In this document: piece by piece, positions 34,483 to 44,001 of the stretch
How positions within the stretch are numbered: position 1 is the stretch's first letter
How the letters are laid out: the number at the start of each line of letters is the position of its first letter
Origin: Candidatus Anstonella stagnisolia
Lineage (GTDB): Archaea > Micrarchaeota > Micrarchaeia > Anstonellales > Anstonellaceae
NCBI GenBank assembly: GCA_902384585.1
Contig: CABMCJ010000002.1
Span: forward strand, 15,062 to 79,061
Direction: 5' to 3'
Length of the DNA: 64,000 nt
Translations under genes and position numbers: made by a program
The notes under the pieces: generated by a model
Databases searched by the model: none
What the model was told of the DNA's origin: nothing
What the model saw: the letters and a program-made list of their open reading frames with translations, nothing else

Positions 34483-37134
34483 ATGGCGCTTGTAAAGGAA
34501 GAGCTTAGAAAGCAGTTTTCTGCTGACTGGAAAAAACATTACCAGACAAAAACGCTAGCGGATGCGGGCTTTACAAGAAAGCAGTGCAAAAAGTGCAAGA
34601 AAAATTTCTGGAGCATTGAGGAGCGCGACGTGTGCGCGGATGCGTCGTGCATCGGGTATGAGTTCCTTTCAAAGCCCCCTTCAAACAAGAAGCTAACGTA
34701 TGTTGAAACCTGGAAGGAAATTGAGAAATATTTTGTAAAGCACGGGCACACTTCATTGAAGCCGTATCCAACTGTTGCAAGGTGGAGGGACGATTTGTAT
34801 TTCACGATTGCGTCCATAAACGACTTCCAGCCTTATGTTGTGAGCGGGGAAATGGAGCCGCCTGCAAACCCTCTCATTGTGCCGCAGACGTGCATACGAT
34901 TCTCGGACATTTCAAACGTGGGAGTTACGGGAAGGCACTACACAAACTTTGTAATGATAGGGCAGCATGCGTTCAACAGCAAGAAAACCGGGCAGTTCTA
35001 TTGGAAGGATGAGGCACTTGCGCATGATATTGGATACATGAAGGCATTGGGGATAGAGAAAGAAAAACTCGTGTTTGTGGAAGACGTGTGGATGGGCGGG
35101 GGGAACTTCGGGCCCTGCATTGAGTATTTCTGCGGTGGGCTGGAGCTTGGGAACTGCGTTTTCATGCAATACGAGGTATTGCCCGGTGGCAAAAGCAGGG
35201 AGCTTTCAACTAAAGTAATTGACATGGGCTCTGGGCTTGCGCGCTTTGCATGGGTTACGCATTCCGCGCCCACTTCTTATGAGATTGTGTTTGGGCCGCT
35301 TGTGCAGCAAATGAAAAAGAATGCCGGGGAAAGCGGGTACGACAAGCTTTTCATGGAATATTCAAAGCACGCGGGAGGGATGGGGTACGATGAGGTGAAT
35401 TTGCCTGAGCACAAAAAGAAAGTTGCAAAGGAGATGGGCATGAGCCTTGAGGAGCTTTATGCAAAACTCTCTCCATTGTTTTCGATTTATGCGAGCGCGG
35501 ACCATTTGAGCACGCTTCTCTTCACTATTACTGACGGGATGCTGCCCTCGAATGCGGGAGGGGGGTATAATTTGAGGATGATTGCGAGGAGAACTTTTGG
35601 GGCGGATGAGAAGTATGGATTGAACCTTGACTATGGGAAAATTATAGAGGGGCATGCTGCGCATTTGAAGCCCATGTTCCCGCACCTGCAGGATGGGGTG
35701 AGGACTGCGATTGAGGTTGTGGAAGAGGAAAGGAAAAAATACCGCGCAACGCAGGAAAAAGGGAAAGGGAAAGTCCTTAACATGGTGAATAGGCACAAGA
35801 AAGAGGGAAAGGAAATTGGGGAGAATGAACTGCTTGTTCTGTACCAAAGCGATGGGATACCTGCGGAAATGGTTGCGCAGATTGCGGGAGAAGCTGGAAT
35901 GAAAGTGCAGGTGCCTGATGATTTTTACTCGAGGGCGTGCAAGCCGGATGAGGAGGAGAAGGAAGAGAAAAAGCCCCTCTCGGAAGACTATCCGAACACG
36001 GAAATGCTGTGCTACAACAACGAGTTTGAGTTTGAGGCGAAAGTGCTTGGAGTGGAAGGGAAGTGCGTTGTGCTGGACAGAAGCGCGTTTTATCCGGAAA
36101 GCGGCGGGCAGGTCTCTGATACTGGCACAATTGATGGGAAGAAAGTGCTGGCCGCGCAAAAGCACGGCGGGGTAATATTGCACGAGGTTGAGGGAGCCCC
36201 TTCATTCAAGAAAGGGCAGAAGGTGCATGGGAAAATACTTGCGGAAAGGAGAAAGCAGATTATGCAGCACCATTCGGGCGCGCACGTGCTCAATGCTGCT
36301 GCGCGCGAAGTGCTGGGAATGCATATTTGGCAGGGAGGCTCGCACAAGGACGAGGAGAAGGCGCACCTTGACTTGACGCACTTTAGAAGGATTACGGAGG
36401 AAGAGATTGAGGCGATTGAGAGAAGGGCGAACGCGATAATCGCGGAAAACCTGCCTGTTCACAAGAAAATTTATGCACGAAACGAGGCGGAAAGCAAATT
36501 TGGGTTTAGAATTTATCAGGGAGGCGCGGTCCCTGGGAAAGAGCTGAGGATTGTGTCGATTGGAAATATTGACAATCAGGCTTGCGGCGGGACGCATGTG
36601 GATAGGACCGGAGATATTGGAATGTTCAAAGTTGTGAAGAGGGAAGGCATACAGGACGGAATTGAGAGGGTAACGTTCAAGTGCGGGGAAGCGGCTGTGA
36701 AATACGTGCAGGAAAGGGAGAGGCTGCTGAAAGAGGCGGCTGGGGCACTCTCTGTGCCTGAAAGCCAGCTCACAAGCACGATTATGAGGTTCTTTGGGGA
36801 GTGGAAGGAAAGGGGGAAGAGGATTGAGGGGCTTACTGCAATTGTTGCGGTTGGAATTGCAAAGGGAATTGTGGAAGAGAGCGAGAAGGGCGGAAAGCCC
36901 ATTGAGAAGGAAATGGATTTGGATGCTGAAACGCTAAAGAGCATTTGCAAGCTTGTGATAGAGAGCAGGAGTGCGAGCTGCTGCATCTGGAACAAGAACG
37001 GGGAAATTTATTGCGCTGCAGGGAAGGGCGCTAAAGTAGGGGCAGGAGAGCTTTTGAAAACGCTCGCAGCAAAGATGGGCGGAAGCGGAGGCGGCGGGCC
37101 CACGTTTGCGCAGGGAAGGATAGGGAAGAAGTAG
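34483..37134 (+). CDS. alaS: Alanyl-tRNA synthetase, archaeal type
   Basis: Archaeal AlaRS N-terminus (FTRKQCKKCKKNFWS, YFVKHGHT), editing-domain HxxxH/CxxxH region (HHSGAHVLNAA...ACGGTHV), and a C-terminal DHHA1-like end. 883 aa. Confidence 0.95.
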   Translation: MALVKEELRKQFSADWKKHYQTKTLADAGFTRKQCKKCKKNFWSIEERDVCADASCIGYEFLSKPPSNKKLTYVETWKEIEKYFVKHGHTSLKPYPTVARWRDDLYFTIASINDFQPYVVSGEMEPPANPLIVPQTCIRFSDISNVGVTGRHYTNFVMIGQHAFNSKKTGQFYWKDEALAHDIGYMKALGIEKEKLVFVEDVWMGGGNFGPCIEYFCGGLELGNCVFMQYEVLPGGKSRELSTKVIDMGSGLARFAWVTHSAPTSYEIVFGPLVQQMKKNAGESGYDKLFMEYSKHAGGMGYDEVNLPEHKKKVAKEMGMSLEELYAKLSPLFSIYASADHLSTLLFTITDGMLPSNAGGGYNLRMIARRTFGADEKYGLNLDYGKIIEGHAAHLKPMFPHLQDGVRTAIEVVEEERKKYRATQEKGKGKVLNMVNRHKKEGKEIGENELLVLYQSDGIPAEMVAQIAGEAGMKVQVPDDFYSRACKPDEEEKEEKKPLSEDYPNTEMLCYNNEFEFEAKVLGVEGKCVVLDRSAFYPESGGQVSDTGTIDGKKVLAAQKHGGVILHEVEGAPSFKKGQKVHGKILAERRKQIMQHHSGAHVLNAAAREVLGMHIWQGGSHKDEEKAHLDLTHFRRITEEEIEAIERRANAIIAENLPVHKKIYARNEAESKFGFRIYQGGAVPGKELRIVSIGNIDNQACGGTHVDRTGDIGMFKVVKREGIQDGIERVTFKCGEAAVKYVQERERLLKEAAGALSVPESQLTSTIMRFFGEWKERGKRIEGLTAIVAVGIAKGIVEESEKGGKPIEKEMDLDAETLKSICKLVIESRSASCCIWNKNGEIYCAAGKGAKVGAGELLKTLAAKMGGSGGGGPTFAQGRIGKK

Positions 37135-37141
37135 CTGTTTT

Positions 37142-37897
37142 TCAGTATTTTTTCAGCAAAAGAAGCGGATTTTCAAGGAATGCGAACTGGGAAATGTCCT
37201 TTTGCGCAAGCTCATAGAGGGAATGGGAAAATTTGGGATGCCCAAATGCTTTTGCAAAATCTGCTGCGCTTGTTTTCTCAAGAGGGCAGGTTAGATAGTG
37301 CGCATTTGGGACAAGGGAGCCGCCCGCAAGCTCGTAAAACGCGCCCCCGTGCAGCTTTTCGTATGCGGAATAGTCTGATGAGAAGTTTGCAAAAACCAAA
37401 TTCGCCAGCGCGAGCGGGGCTTTTCCTGAGTTTATAGTGAGGTGCCCAAAATACGGCTGCATGAGAACAATGTCGCCTTTTTTTGCGCTTACGAGGATTG
37501 CGCGCTCTGTCTGGGAAATGTTTTTGGGGTCGTGCGTCTGGAGAAGGAAATGCGCCTCGCCAGAGAGCACTTCGTATATTTCAGGGAAGGGGATGCCGTC
37601 CTTGCCTGATGGGTGATAGTGCCCGAAAGTCTTGTTGGGCTCGTCCCCAAGAAGCATTGGGGGGAGGATTGTAACGTCAAAGCGCATGGTGCCCTTTTGC
37701 CAGATTCCGCGGTACATTTTGTAGGTAACTGTTTCGGAAGGCAAATCGCTTTTTGCATGCAGAACCTTTTGCATCCGTGAAACAGTGCGAGCATCGTGGG
37801 GCGCTTCTTCTTTGCCCTTGAAAAGGGAATCGTTCTTTATTGAGAAACCCTCTGGAAGGGTGCCTGGAGCAATGTTCTTTGTTGCCATAAAAATCAC
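37142..37897 (-). CDS. pgiA: Cupin-type glucose-6-phosphate isomerase (archaeal cPGI)
   Basis: The cupin metal motif TFGHYHPSGKDGIPFPEIYEVLSGEAHFLLQ matches the Thermococcales-type PGI pattern (T-x-GH-x-H ... PE-x-YE-x-L-x-GE). The start could instead be ATG 37888. Confidence 0.6.
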   Translation of the reverse strand: MIFMATKNIAPGTLPEGFSIKNDSLFKGKEEAPHDARTVSRMQKVLHAKSDLPSETVTYKMYRGIWQKGTMRFDVTILPPMLLGDEPNKTFGHYHPSGKDGIPFPEIYEVLSGEAHFLLQTHDPKNISQTERAILVSAKKGDIVLMQPYFGHLTINSGKAPLALANLVFANFSSDYSAYEKLHGGAFYELAGGSLVPNAHYLTCPLEKTSAADFAKAFGHPKFSHSLYELAQKDISQFAFLENPLLLLKKY

Positions 37898-38383
37898 TTA
37901 TTTTGCCTTGCGGGAGGCTTCGCTTTTTCCCTTGAGCTTGCCGAACTCGTCAAGGGGCAGCTCTGAGGGGAAGCTGCGGCTGCGGTAGAGGCAGATTTTC
38001 TCGTGCTTCATTTTTTCAACAAGCGCGTAAAGCAGCGCGAGGAACTCGCTCATGTCGACCTCGTGCGCCAGCGCGTCCGCCTCGCATTTTTCAAGCAGGC
38101 GCACAAGCTCCACGAGGAGCTTTGTGTCCATCCTCCCGCTTGCAGCCCTGTGCTTTATGCGGTCAGATAGCATTATTTTAGTGAGTGCGATGCGCTTTGC
38201 AAGCCTGCGGTGCGACGCCTTTTTTTCGTCGAATTTTATCGTGAGCTCGTGCAGCATGTTTGCAAGGGTTTCCCATTCTATCTCGTGCAAATTAGTGCGG
38301 ATGTGCTCGGGCATGCCGAAGCGCTCGTAAAGCGATGAGGAGGCATTTTTTGGTGCGCCCTTGCCAGCCAGTTGCCCTGCCAT
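37898..38383 (-). CDS. Hypothetical helical protein
   Basis: 161 aa, charged and helical, no motif recognised. The stop abuts the start of the cPGI gene. Confidence 0.5.
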   Translation of the reverse strand: MAGQLAGKGAPKNASSSLYERFGMPEHIRTNLHEIEWETLANMLHELTIKFDEKKASHRRLAKRIALTKIMLSDRIKHRAASGRMDTKLLVELVRLLEKCEADALAHEVDMSEFLALLYALVEKMKHEKICLYRSRSFPSELPLDEFGKLKGKSEASRKAK

Positions 38384-38449
38384 GCTAGTGCTACTGCTGC
38401 TTGGTTTAAAAAAACTCCTTCAAAAGGAAGGAAATCAAAGTGGGCAGGC

Positions 38450-39244
38450 TTATTCTTCTTTTTTCCTGCGGATTGCGAATGCGCCCGCGAGGGTTACAAG
38501 GCCGCCTGCTGCAGGGAGGCAGCAGCATGAGAGCGAGTTGCCCGAAGAAGAGTCAGGGGTGGTTGCATTCGTTATGCTGTTGGCAGTAAGGCCGTCAAAC
38601 GCGCTCTTTGCAACGCACTCGTTGTTGCGGCACACTTCCTTGTCAAGGTTGCACCCGGGATTGTTGTATTTGCACCCGCTCTTGAGCTTGCACGTCCCGT
38701 CAGACTGGCATGTCTGGCTGTCAGTGCATGCAGGGTTGTTGTACTGGCAGCCGCCCCTGGGCACGCACGAATTGTAAGTGGCATTTGAGTTTTCATTGTC
38801 GCAGTATTTGTCAGGCGGGCACGCGGGCTTGTTGTATAGGCATCCGTCGTTTATTGCGCACTTCTCGCCATCCTTGTGGTAGTCGCTGGGGCATGCGCAT
38901 GCGCTTGCGCGCTCAATGAGCTGCCCGTTTTCGCAGCGGAACCATGTTTTGCCTATTGTGCTTGAGCATTCGTTGTAGCCTGTGCCGTCAGTGCAGGTCT
39001 GCTTGTCGCATACATCGCCGTTGGTGGTGTATCCGGCAGGGCAGGGGCAAAGCGACGCGCCGTCTATGAGCGCGGGCGCGGACAGCGTGCCTATGCAGTA
39101 TTTGCCAGGCGTCACGGTGGAGCATTTTCCATAAGCAGTGCCATCGGAACATGGGCTTGCGGCCACTGCAAGTGAAAGCGCCGCAAAAGAAATTAGCGCA
39201 ACTGCGATTAAGAATGCTTTTCCAACGACTGAAGAACTGCCCAT
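38450..39244 (-). CDS. Secreted Cys-rich repeat protein with C-terminal anchor
   Basis: Signal peptide from ATG 39244 (MGSSSVVGKAFLIAVALISFAALSLAVA). Three tandem G-C-x-Y-N-x-P-x-C units (DGCLYNKPAC, GGCQYNNPAC, SGCKYNNPGC). C-terminal SCCCLPAAGGLVTLAGAFAIRRKKEE. Confidence 0.65.
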   Translation of the reverse strand: MGSSSVVGKAFLIAVALISFAALSLAVAASPCSDGTAYGKCSTVTPGKYCIGTLSAPALIDGASLCPCPAGYTTNGDVCDKQTCTDGTGYNECSSTIGKTWFRCENGQLIERASACACPSDYHKDGEKCAINDGCLYNKPACPPDKYCDNENSNATYNSCVPRGGCQYNNPACTDSQTCQSDGTCKLKSGCKYNNPGCNLDKEVCRNNECVAKSAFDGLTANSITNATTPDSSSGNSLSCCCLPAAGGLVTLAGAFAIRRKKEE

Positions 39245-39347
39245 GAGATCGCCTCGCGTTATATTAAGTGGCAAATTTTTTAAAAAGCTTGCGGTGGGCG
39301 CGCAGTGGGGCTTGCGGCTGTTTTCCCAGGCTTGCGGCGGCTTTGGG

Positions 39348-40709
39348 CTAAGCTACCCTTCTTGTAAAGTAGTCGCCGGCAAACTCAAGGTATTTTTTCG
39401 CAAGAAGCGAATTGGGCGGGAGGATTCTGGATTTTTTCACAAGCGGGATGAAATTTTCAGGGATGCCTATTTTTACGGGGGTGCGCAGCATTTCCTTTAG
39501 CGCGCCTTCCGCACCTTGGAGATTGCGTTTCTCAACCGCAACAAGGCGCTCGTGCTCTATGTGCAAATTCAGGGCATTCTTGTGCGCCTTGAGGAACTTT
39601 TCGCAATCCTGGGAGAAGCGCACCGCGGGGCCGCTTACCCGCCTTATTGCGGGCAGTTGCGAGCGGGAGAGCTCAAGGAGCAGGATGCACTCCTTCCCGT
39701 CCGACCAGTGGTAGTAGCCGAACACCTCAAAATCAAGCGCTTGGAGGGACTTCACAATGCACTGCGAAGTTTTCTTCAGCTGCGGCCAGAGGATGTCGTC
39801 CACAACTTTCGGGGCTGCAAAGCGCAATGCAATGATGTGCGTTTTTCGCGCCTTCATTATGTTTGCGATTTTTCCCCTTGAATGCGACTGCTTTTCCTTG
39901 AAGAAAAACGACTTTGATGGGGACTTGAGGAAGCGGCGCGCCTCGAAAACAAAGCGGGAAAGCGAAGTCTGGGAAACGACTGCCGCAACGTTGCGGTTGG
40001 AGTCCACTGGGTCGATTACAATTAGGGGGGCTTGGAGGAAAGCCGGGATTTCTTTCCCTTTGTAGTATTCTGCAATGTCCAGTTTGGGATTGTGCCAGGA
40101 AGAGGCTGCGCCAAGGAGAGGGAGGAAGCCGCCGTAGTGCAGCACAAGGAGCTCGCACAAATACCCTGAGAATCCCTCTATGCGAAGTTCCGCGCCGTAT
40201 ACCCCGAGCGTTTTTAGGAACTTCTTGAGAAGGAGCACGTCGTTTCGCAAATCCGCGCTCATGCGCGATTTTATGAAGTGCGCATGCAGTTGCGAGCGGT
40301 CTACTGCGGAGCCTTTTTCCTCAATGCGCGAGATTTTGTATGCGGGCACTATGTCCGCGGAATACCTGCCTGCGAAAACGTGCAGGTATGGGTGCTGCGC
40401 GTATTTCACTTCAGTGCGCTCTTTTTTGAAAGCCTCACGCGCATATTCCATCCCAAGGCTGCACATCCGATCGTGCTCGTATTTTTTTGGGAAAAGGAGG
40501 AAAATGTCAAGCTCGCGGTTTCCGCCTAAGCTTGTGCCTTTTGCTGCGGAGCCCATAAGGGCGACCTCTATTTCAGCAGGGGCTATTGCGCGCAGCCTGC
40601 CCATGAGTATTTCGGCTGCAACCGCATCCTCGTGCCTCTCTTTTACCGAAGGGAGGATGAGCGGGAGCACCTTGGAAATTACCTTTGCTGCACGAAGCGC
40701 GCTTTCCAT
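39348..40709 (-). CDS. cca: CCA-adding tRNA nucleotidyltransferase (archaeal class I)
   Basis: GSAAKGTSLGGNRELDIFLLFP, YAQHPYLHV, IVPAYK, SAVDRSQLH and IEGFSGYLCELLVLHYG follow the archaeal Cca pattern. ATG 40709 was chosen because it leaves a TATA-like box about 28 nt upstream. ATG 40727 is the alternative. Confidence 0.9.
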   Translation of the reverse strand: MESALRAAKVISKVLPLILPSVKERHEDAVAAEILMGRLRAIAPAEIEVALMGSAAKGTSLGGNRELDIFLLFPKKYEHDRMCSLGMEYAREAFKKERTEVKYAQHPYLHVFAGRYSADIVPAYKISRIEEKGSAVDRSQLHAHFIKSRMSADLRNDVLLLKKFLKTLGVYGAELRIEGFSGYLCELLVLHYGGFLPLLGAASSWHNPKLDIAEYYKGKEIPAFLQAPLIVIDPVDSNRNVAAVVSQTSLSRFVFEARRFLKSPSKSFFFKEKQSHSRGKIANIMKARKTHIIALRFAAPKVVDDILWPQLKKTSQCIVKSLQALDFEVFGYYHWSDGKECILLLELSRSQLPAIRRVSGPAVRFSQDCEKFLKAHKNALNLHIEHERLVAVEKRNLQGAEGALKEMLRTPVKIGIPENFIPLVKKSRILPPNSLLAKKYLEFAGDYFTRRVA

Positions 40710-40731
40710 GCATGGACTTTCCAGCATAAGC

Positions 40732-40742
40732 TTTTTAACTTT
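40732..40742. promoter_or_regulatory. Shared A/T box between divergent cca and the 40761 gene (candidate bidirectional TATA)
   Basis: TTTTTAACTTT lies about 24 nt from ATG 40761 (+) and about 28 nt from ATG 40709 (-), consistent with two leaderless transcripts. Confidence 0.35.
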
Positions 40743-40760
40743 GATAAGGGAATTGGTTTT

Positions 40761-41591
40761 ATGAGATTTGCTTTTGCCGTTCTCGCGGCCCTTATGCTGC
40801 TTGCGCTCCCTTATGCAATTGAGAACATACAGGTTATCTCGCCCCTCCACAAGGAAATAGAGCCGGGCGGGCGCATATACCTTGGGAAAATCGGGCCGGG
40901 GCAGACGATTTCGATTTCAGTTGAATCAAAGGTTTCTACCGGAGGCGTGCACGGCATTGGGGGGCGGTTTGACACGCTCGCGATTGAGAAGTTGCCGCAG
41001 GGATGGGGCGCGAAAGACAGCAAGCTCTATGCGAATCCCATGCAGGCGGAAATAACCGCTGCTGAGGATGCGCAAAACGGCGAGTATAAAATAGATGCAA
41101 GCCTTGTGGATGAGGGAGGGGCAGAGAAAATCGGGAATGCGGATGGGAAAGTCCCGTTCATTATTGTGGTTGACGTTGAGAGGGACATCATGGGGATGGA
41201 AGTGAGCAACACATACCTTGAGACCGGCGCAGGGCAGCCTGCAAGATACCACATTACAGTGTACAACAAGGGCGCTGCAAACGACGTGTTTGAAGTGAGC
41301 TCAACGGGTGTGCGCGGCTGGGCATTCAAGAAAAGCATGTACGTGCCTGCGGGCTCTTCAAAAGATATTGAATATGAGGTAGTTGGGAACGATGAGACGA
41401 CTTATGCGTTTGTGATAAAGGCGCGCTCCATATCAAGTTCCATAATAAGCGCGCAGCAGGACGTGAAATTGCGCGTGAAGAGCGACCTTGCTTCGGACTA
41501 CCGTGCAACCACAAAGGGGGTGCTTCTTTTCCCGCTTGTGGAATCGCCAGTGTATTTTGTTGCGGGGCTGCTTTCGAATTTGCTTGGGTGA
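40761..41591 (+). CDS. Secreted beta-sandwich-like protein with C-terminal hydrophobic segment
   Basis: Signal peptide MRFAFAVLAALMLLALPYA. ARYHITVYNKGAANDVFEVSSTG resembles CARDB/NEW3-type surface domains. The C-terminus is LLFPLVESPVYFVAGLLSNLLG. Confidence 0.55.
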   Translation: MRFAFAVLAALMLLALPYAIENIQVISPLHKEIEPGGRIYLGKIGPGQTISISVESKVSTGGVHGIGGRFDTLAIEKLPQGWGAKDSKLYANPMQAEITAAEDAQNGEYKIDASLVDEGGAEKIGNADGKVPFIIVVDVERDIMGMEVSNTYLETGAGQPARYHITVYNKGAANDVFEVSSTGVRGWAFKKSMYVPAGSSKDIEYEVVGNDETTYAFVIKARSISSSIISAQQDVKLRVKSDLASDYRATTKGVLLFPLVESPVYFVAGLLSNLLG

Positions 41592-41603
41592 GATTCCTTA
41601 TTC

Positions 41604-42200
41604 TTATTTTTGGGTTGCGGTTGAGATAAAGTCCTGGATTATTTTTTCCTGCGAGGCTTTGCTGCCAAGCATTTTGATTGGGTTTAGGTAATTGTGCGCC
41701 AGCCAGTTGGCAAAGCCGCCAAGACCCAGTGCAACTAACCCAAGGATGGCATGCCCTTTGGAGAACAAAGCAGCAGCGGGCAAAACCGGCAATGCAATGG
41801 CACCAAATCGCGCAAACGGGTCTTTTGCAAGCTTCACGAATGCTGAAGATGAAGCCATGCTGAATATAACCGAGAGGATTGCAAGCCCGGTTGAAAGGGA
41901 TTGCACTTTTTCAGGGGTTATTCCTGCATTGTTTTGGATTGAAAAACGGTCTTCAAATTCGCCCTGCAATAGGCGCGTGCGCACTGAAATTTCAAGTTTT
42001 CCGCTGCCGTTTGGGCCCTTTTCCCGCGCTTGCGAAGCAACGAGGTATGGCTCTTCCACCGCAAGCTCGGCAAGCAAAAGGTCCCTTGAAATCGCCTTTT
42101 TTAGGCTGCGGGAATAGCCGCACTCGCCCAAAAAGCGCGCAAACTGGCGCTGGAGAACGGGGTTTTTCATTTCAACTGGCATGGGTTTGGATAGGGGCAT
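41604..42200 (-). CDS. Hypothetical membrane protein
   Basis: 198 aa, with a soluble N-terminal half and two or three C-terminal TM helices. Confidence 0.45.
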   Translation of the reverse strand: MPLSKPMPVEMKNPVLQRQFARFLGECGYSRSLKKAISRDLLLAELAVEEPYLVASQAREKGPNGSGKLEISVRTRLLQGEFEDRFSIQNNAGITPEKVQSLSTGLAILSVIFSMASSSAFVKLAKDPFARFGAIALPVLPAAALFSKGHAILGLVALGLGGFANWLAHNYLNPIKMLGSKASQEKIIQDFISTATQK

Positions 42201-42286
42201 AATATCTACACTTTAATTTACTTTCTACAATTTAAATAGGTTTGCATATAAAGGGGCAACGGGAGAAAATTACAGGTGCATTAGTG

Positions 42287-43984
42287 ATGGGACTGGATAG
42301 GGACCCGAGAAGTTTTGATTATTCGCAATTCGCACGGAAAAAGGTGAAGCGAAGCTTTGGGCTTGATGAGGGAAAGAGGGAGGCTGCGGAATATGCTGCC
42401 AAGCTGCTTGCAATCGGGAAAACAAGCCTCATTGAGATAAAGAAAAGCGCAAGCAAGAAGTTCCCGATGAAGGGAGTGCTGCGGAATTCGGACATTTTAG
42501 CCGTTCTGGAGGGAAAGGGGCGCACAAAAAATGCGCTGCGGCTTCTTTTGAAATCGCCCACCCGCACGCTTTCGGGCGTTTCGCCTGTTGCGGTCATGCC
42601 AAAGCCTTTTCCCTGCGTTGGGAAATGCACTTATTGCCCCAAAGGGGTGAATGCGCCGCAAAGCTATACGGGATTTGAGCCAATGACAATGAGGGCAATG
42701 CAGGAAGGGTATGACCCGCATAAGCAAGTTGCTGTAAGATTGCAGCAGTATTCCCAGCAGGGGCACCCTATTGACAAGTGCCACCTCATACTTATGGGCG
42801 GGACTTTTCTTGCTGTGCCGGAAAAATATCGCCATGAGTTTGTGAAGGGATGCTTTGATGAGTTCAACGGGTTCAAGGCGCGCACTTTTGAAGAGGCAAA
42901 GAAAGCGAATGAGACGGCTGCGCATCGGGTGATTGGCGCGACATTTGAAACAAGGCCGGACTGGTGCTTTGAAAAAGAAATTGATGATGCGCTTTATCTT
43001 GGAGGAACGCAGATGGAGCTGGGAGTGCAAACGCTCTCGGACAAGGTGTATGAGAAAGTGCAGCGCGGGCACACGGTTGCGGACGTTGCGAAAGCGACAA
43101 AGCTTCTCAAGAATTCTGCGTTCAAGGTGGGATACCACATGATGCCGGGCTTGTTTGCAACGCCGGAAGAGGATGAAGAGTATTTTCGGATGCTATTTGA
43201 GGATGAGAGGTTCAAGCCCGACATGCTAAAGATATACCCTGCAATGGTGCTTAAGGGAACAAAATTGTACGAGCAGTACAAGAAAAGGGAATATGCGCCG
43301 TATGATACGGAAACTGCTGCGCAAGTAATTGCGAGGATTACGAGATACATTCCAAGGTATACGCGGGTGATGAGAGTGCAGCGGGACATTCCCTCCACGC
43401 TTATTGAGTCCGGGGTAAAGCACTCAAACTTGAGGCAGCTTGTGGATGCGAAACTTAAGAAAATGGGAGTGAGGTGCGGGTGCATAAGATGCAGGGAAAT
43501 TGGGAATACTGAGAGGAAAGAGGGAGAGGGCGGGCGCAATGACAGGATGGAAGAGGAGATTGGAAGCAAGGCGGGCAAGAGGCGGGAAATTGGAAAAATA
43601 AAATTAGGGTTGAACAGATTTGATTACAATGCGAGCAACGGCGAGGAAATATTCATTTCTTTTGAAGACAGGGAAAAAGATTTTCTTGCGGGATTTTGCA
43701 GGCTGAGGATTCCGCACGGGTCGCACCGGAAAGAAATTACGCCTAAGAGTGCGCTTGTGCGCGAACTGCACGTGTATGGGAGCGAGGTTGCGATTGGAAA
43801 GGACGAGAAGGGGAAGGCGCAGCATAGGGGAATGGGAAGGAAACTTCTTTTTGAGGCGGAAAGGATTGCGGCAGAGGAATTTTCAATGAACAAGATGGTC
43901 GTAATTTCAGGAGTAGGGGCGCGTGAGTATTATTACAAGACGGGGTATGCTGCGGACGGAGTGTATGTGAGCAAGAATATTTAG
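42287..43984 (+). CDS. elp3: Elp3-type tRNA U34 modification enzyme (radical SAM + GNAT)
   Basis: GVSPVAVMPKPFPCVGKCTYCPKG (radical SAM cluster), a C-terminal GNAT region (HRGMGRKLLFEAERIA), SD-like AGGTG upstream of ATG 42287, and a TATA-like TTTAAATA at about 42228. Confidence 0.9.
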   Translation: MGLDRDPRSFDYSQFARKKVKRSFGLDEGKREAAEYAAKLLAIGKTSLIEIKKSASKKFPMKGVLRNSDILAVLEGKGRTKNALRLLLKSPTRTLSGVSPVAVMPKPFPCVGKCTYCPKGVNAPQSYTGFEPMTMRAMQEGYDPHKQVAVRLQQYSQQGHPIDKCHLILMGGTFLAVPEKYRHEFVKGCFDEFNGFKARTFEEAKKANETAAHRVIGATFETRPDWCFEKEIDDALYLGGTQMELGVQTLSDKVYEKVQRGHTVADVAKATKLLKNSAFKVGYHMMPGLFATPEEDEEYFRMLFEDERFKPDMLKIYPAMVLKGTKLYEQYKKREYAPYDTETAAQVIARITRYIPRYTRVMRVQRDIPSTLIESGVKHSNLRQLVDAKLKKMGVRCGCIRCREIGNTERKEGEGGRNDRMEEEIGSKAGKRREIGKIKLGLNRFDYNASNGEEIFISFEDREKDFLAGFCRLRIPHGSHRKEITPKSALVRELHVYGSEVAIGKDEKGKAQHRGMGRKLLFEAERIAAEEFSMNKMVVISGVGAREYYYKTGYAADGVYVSKNI

Positions 43985-44001
43985 CTGCTTTTTGAACTTG
44001 C

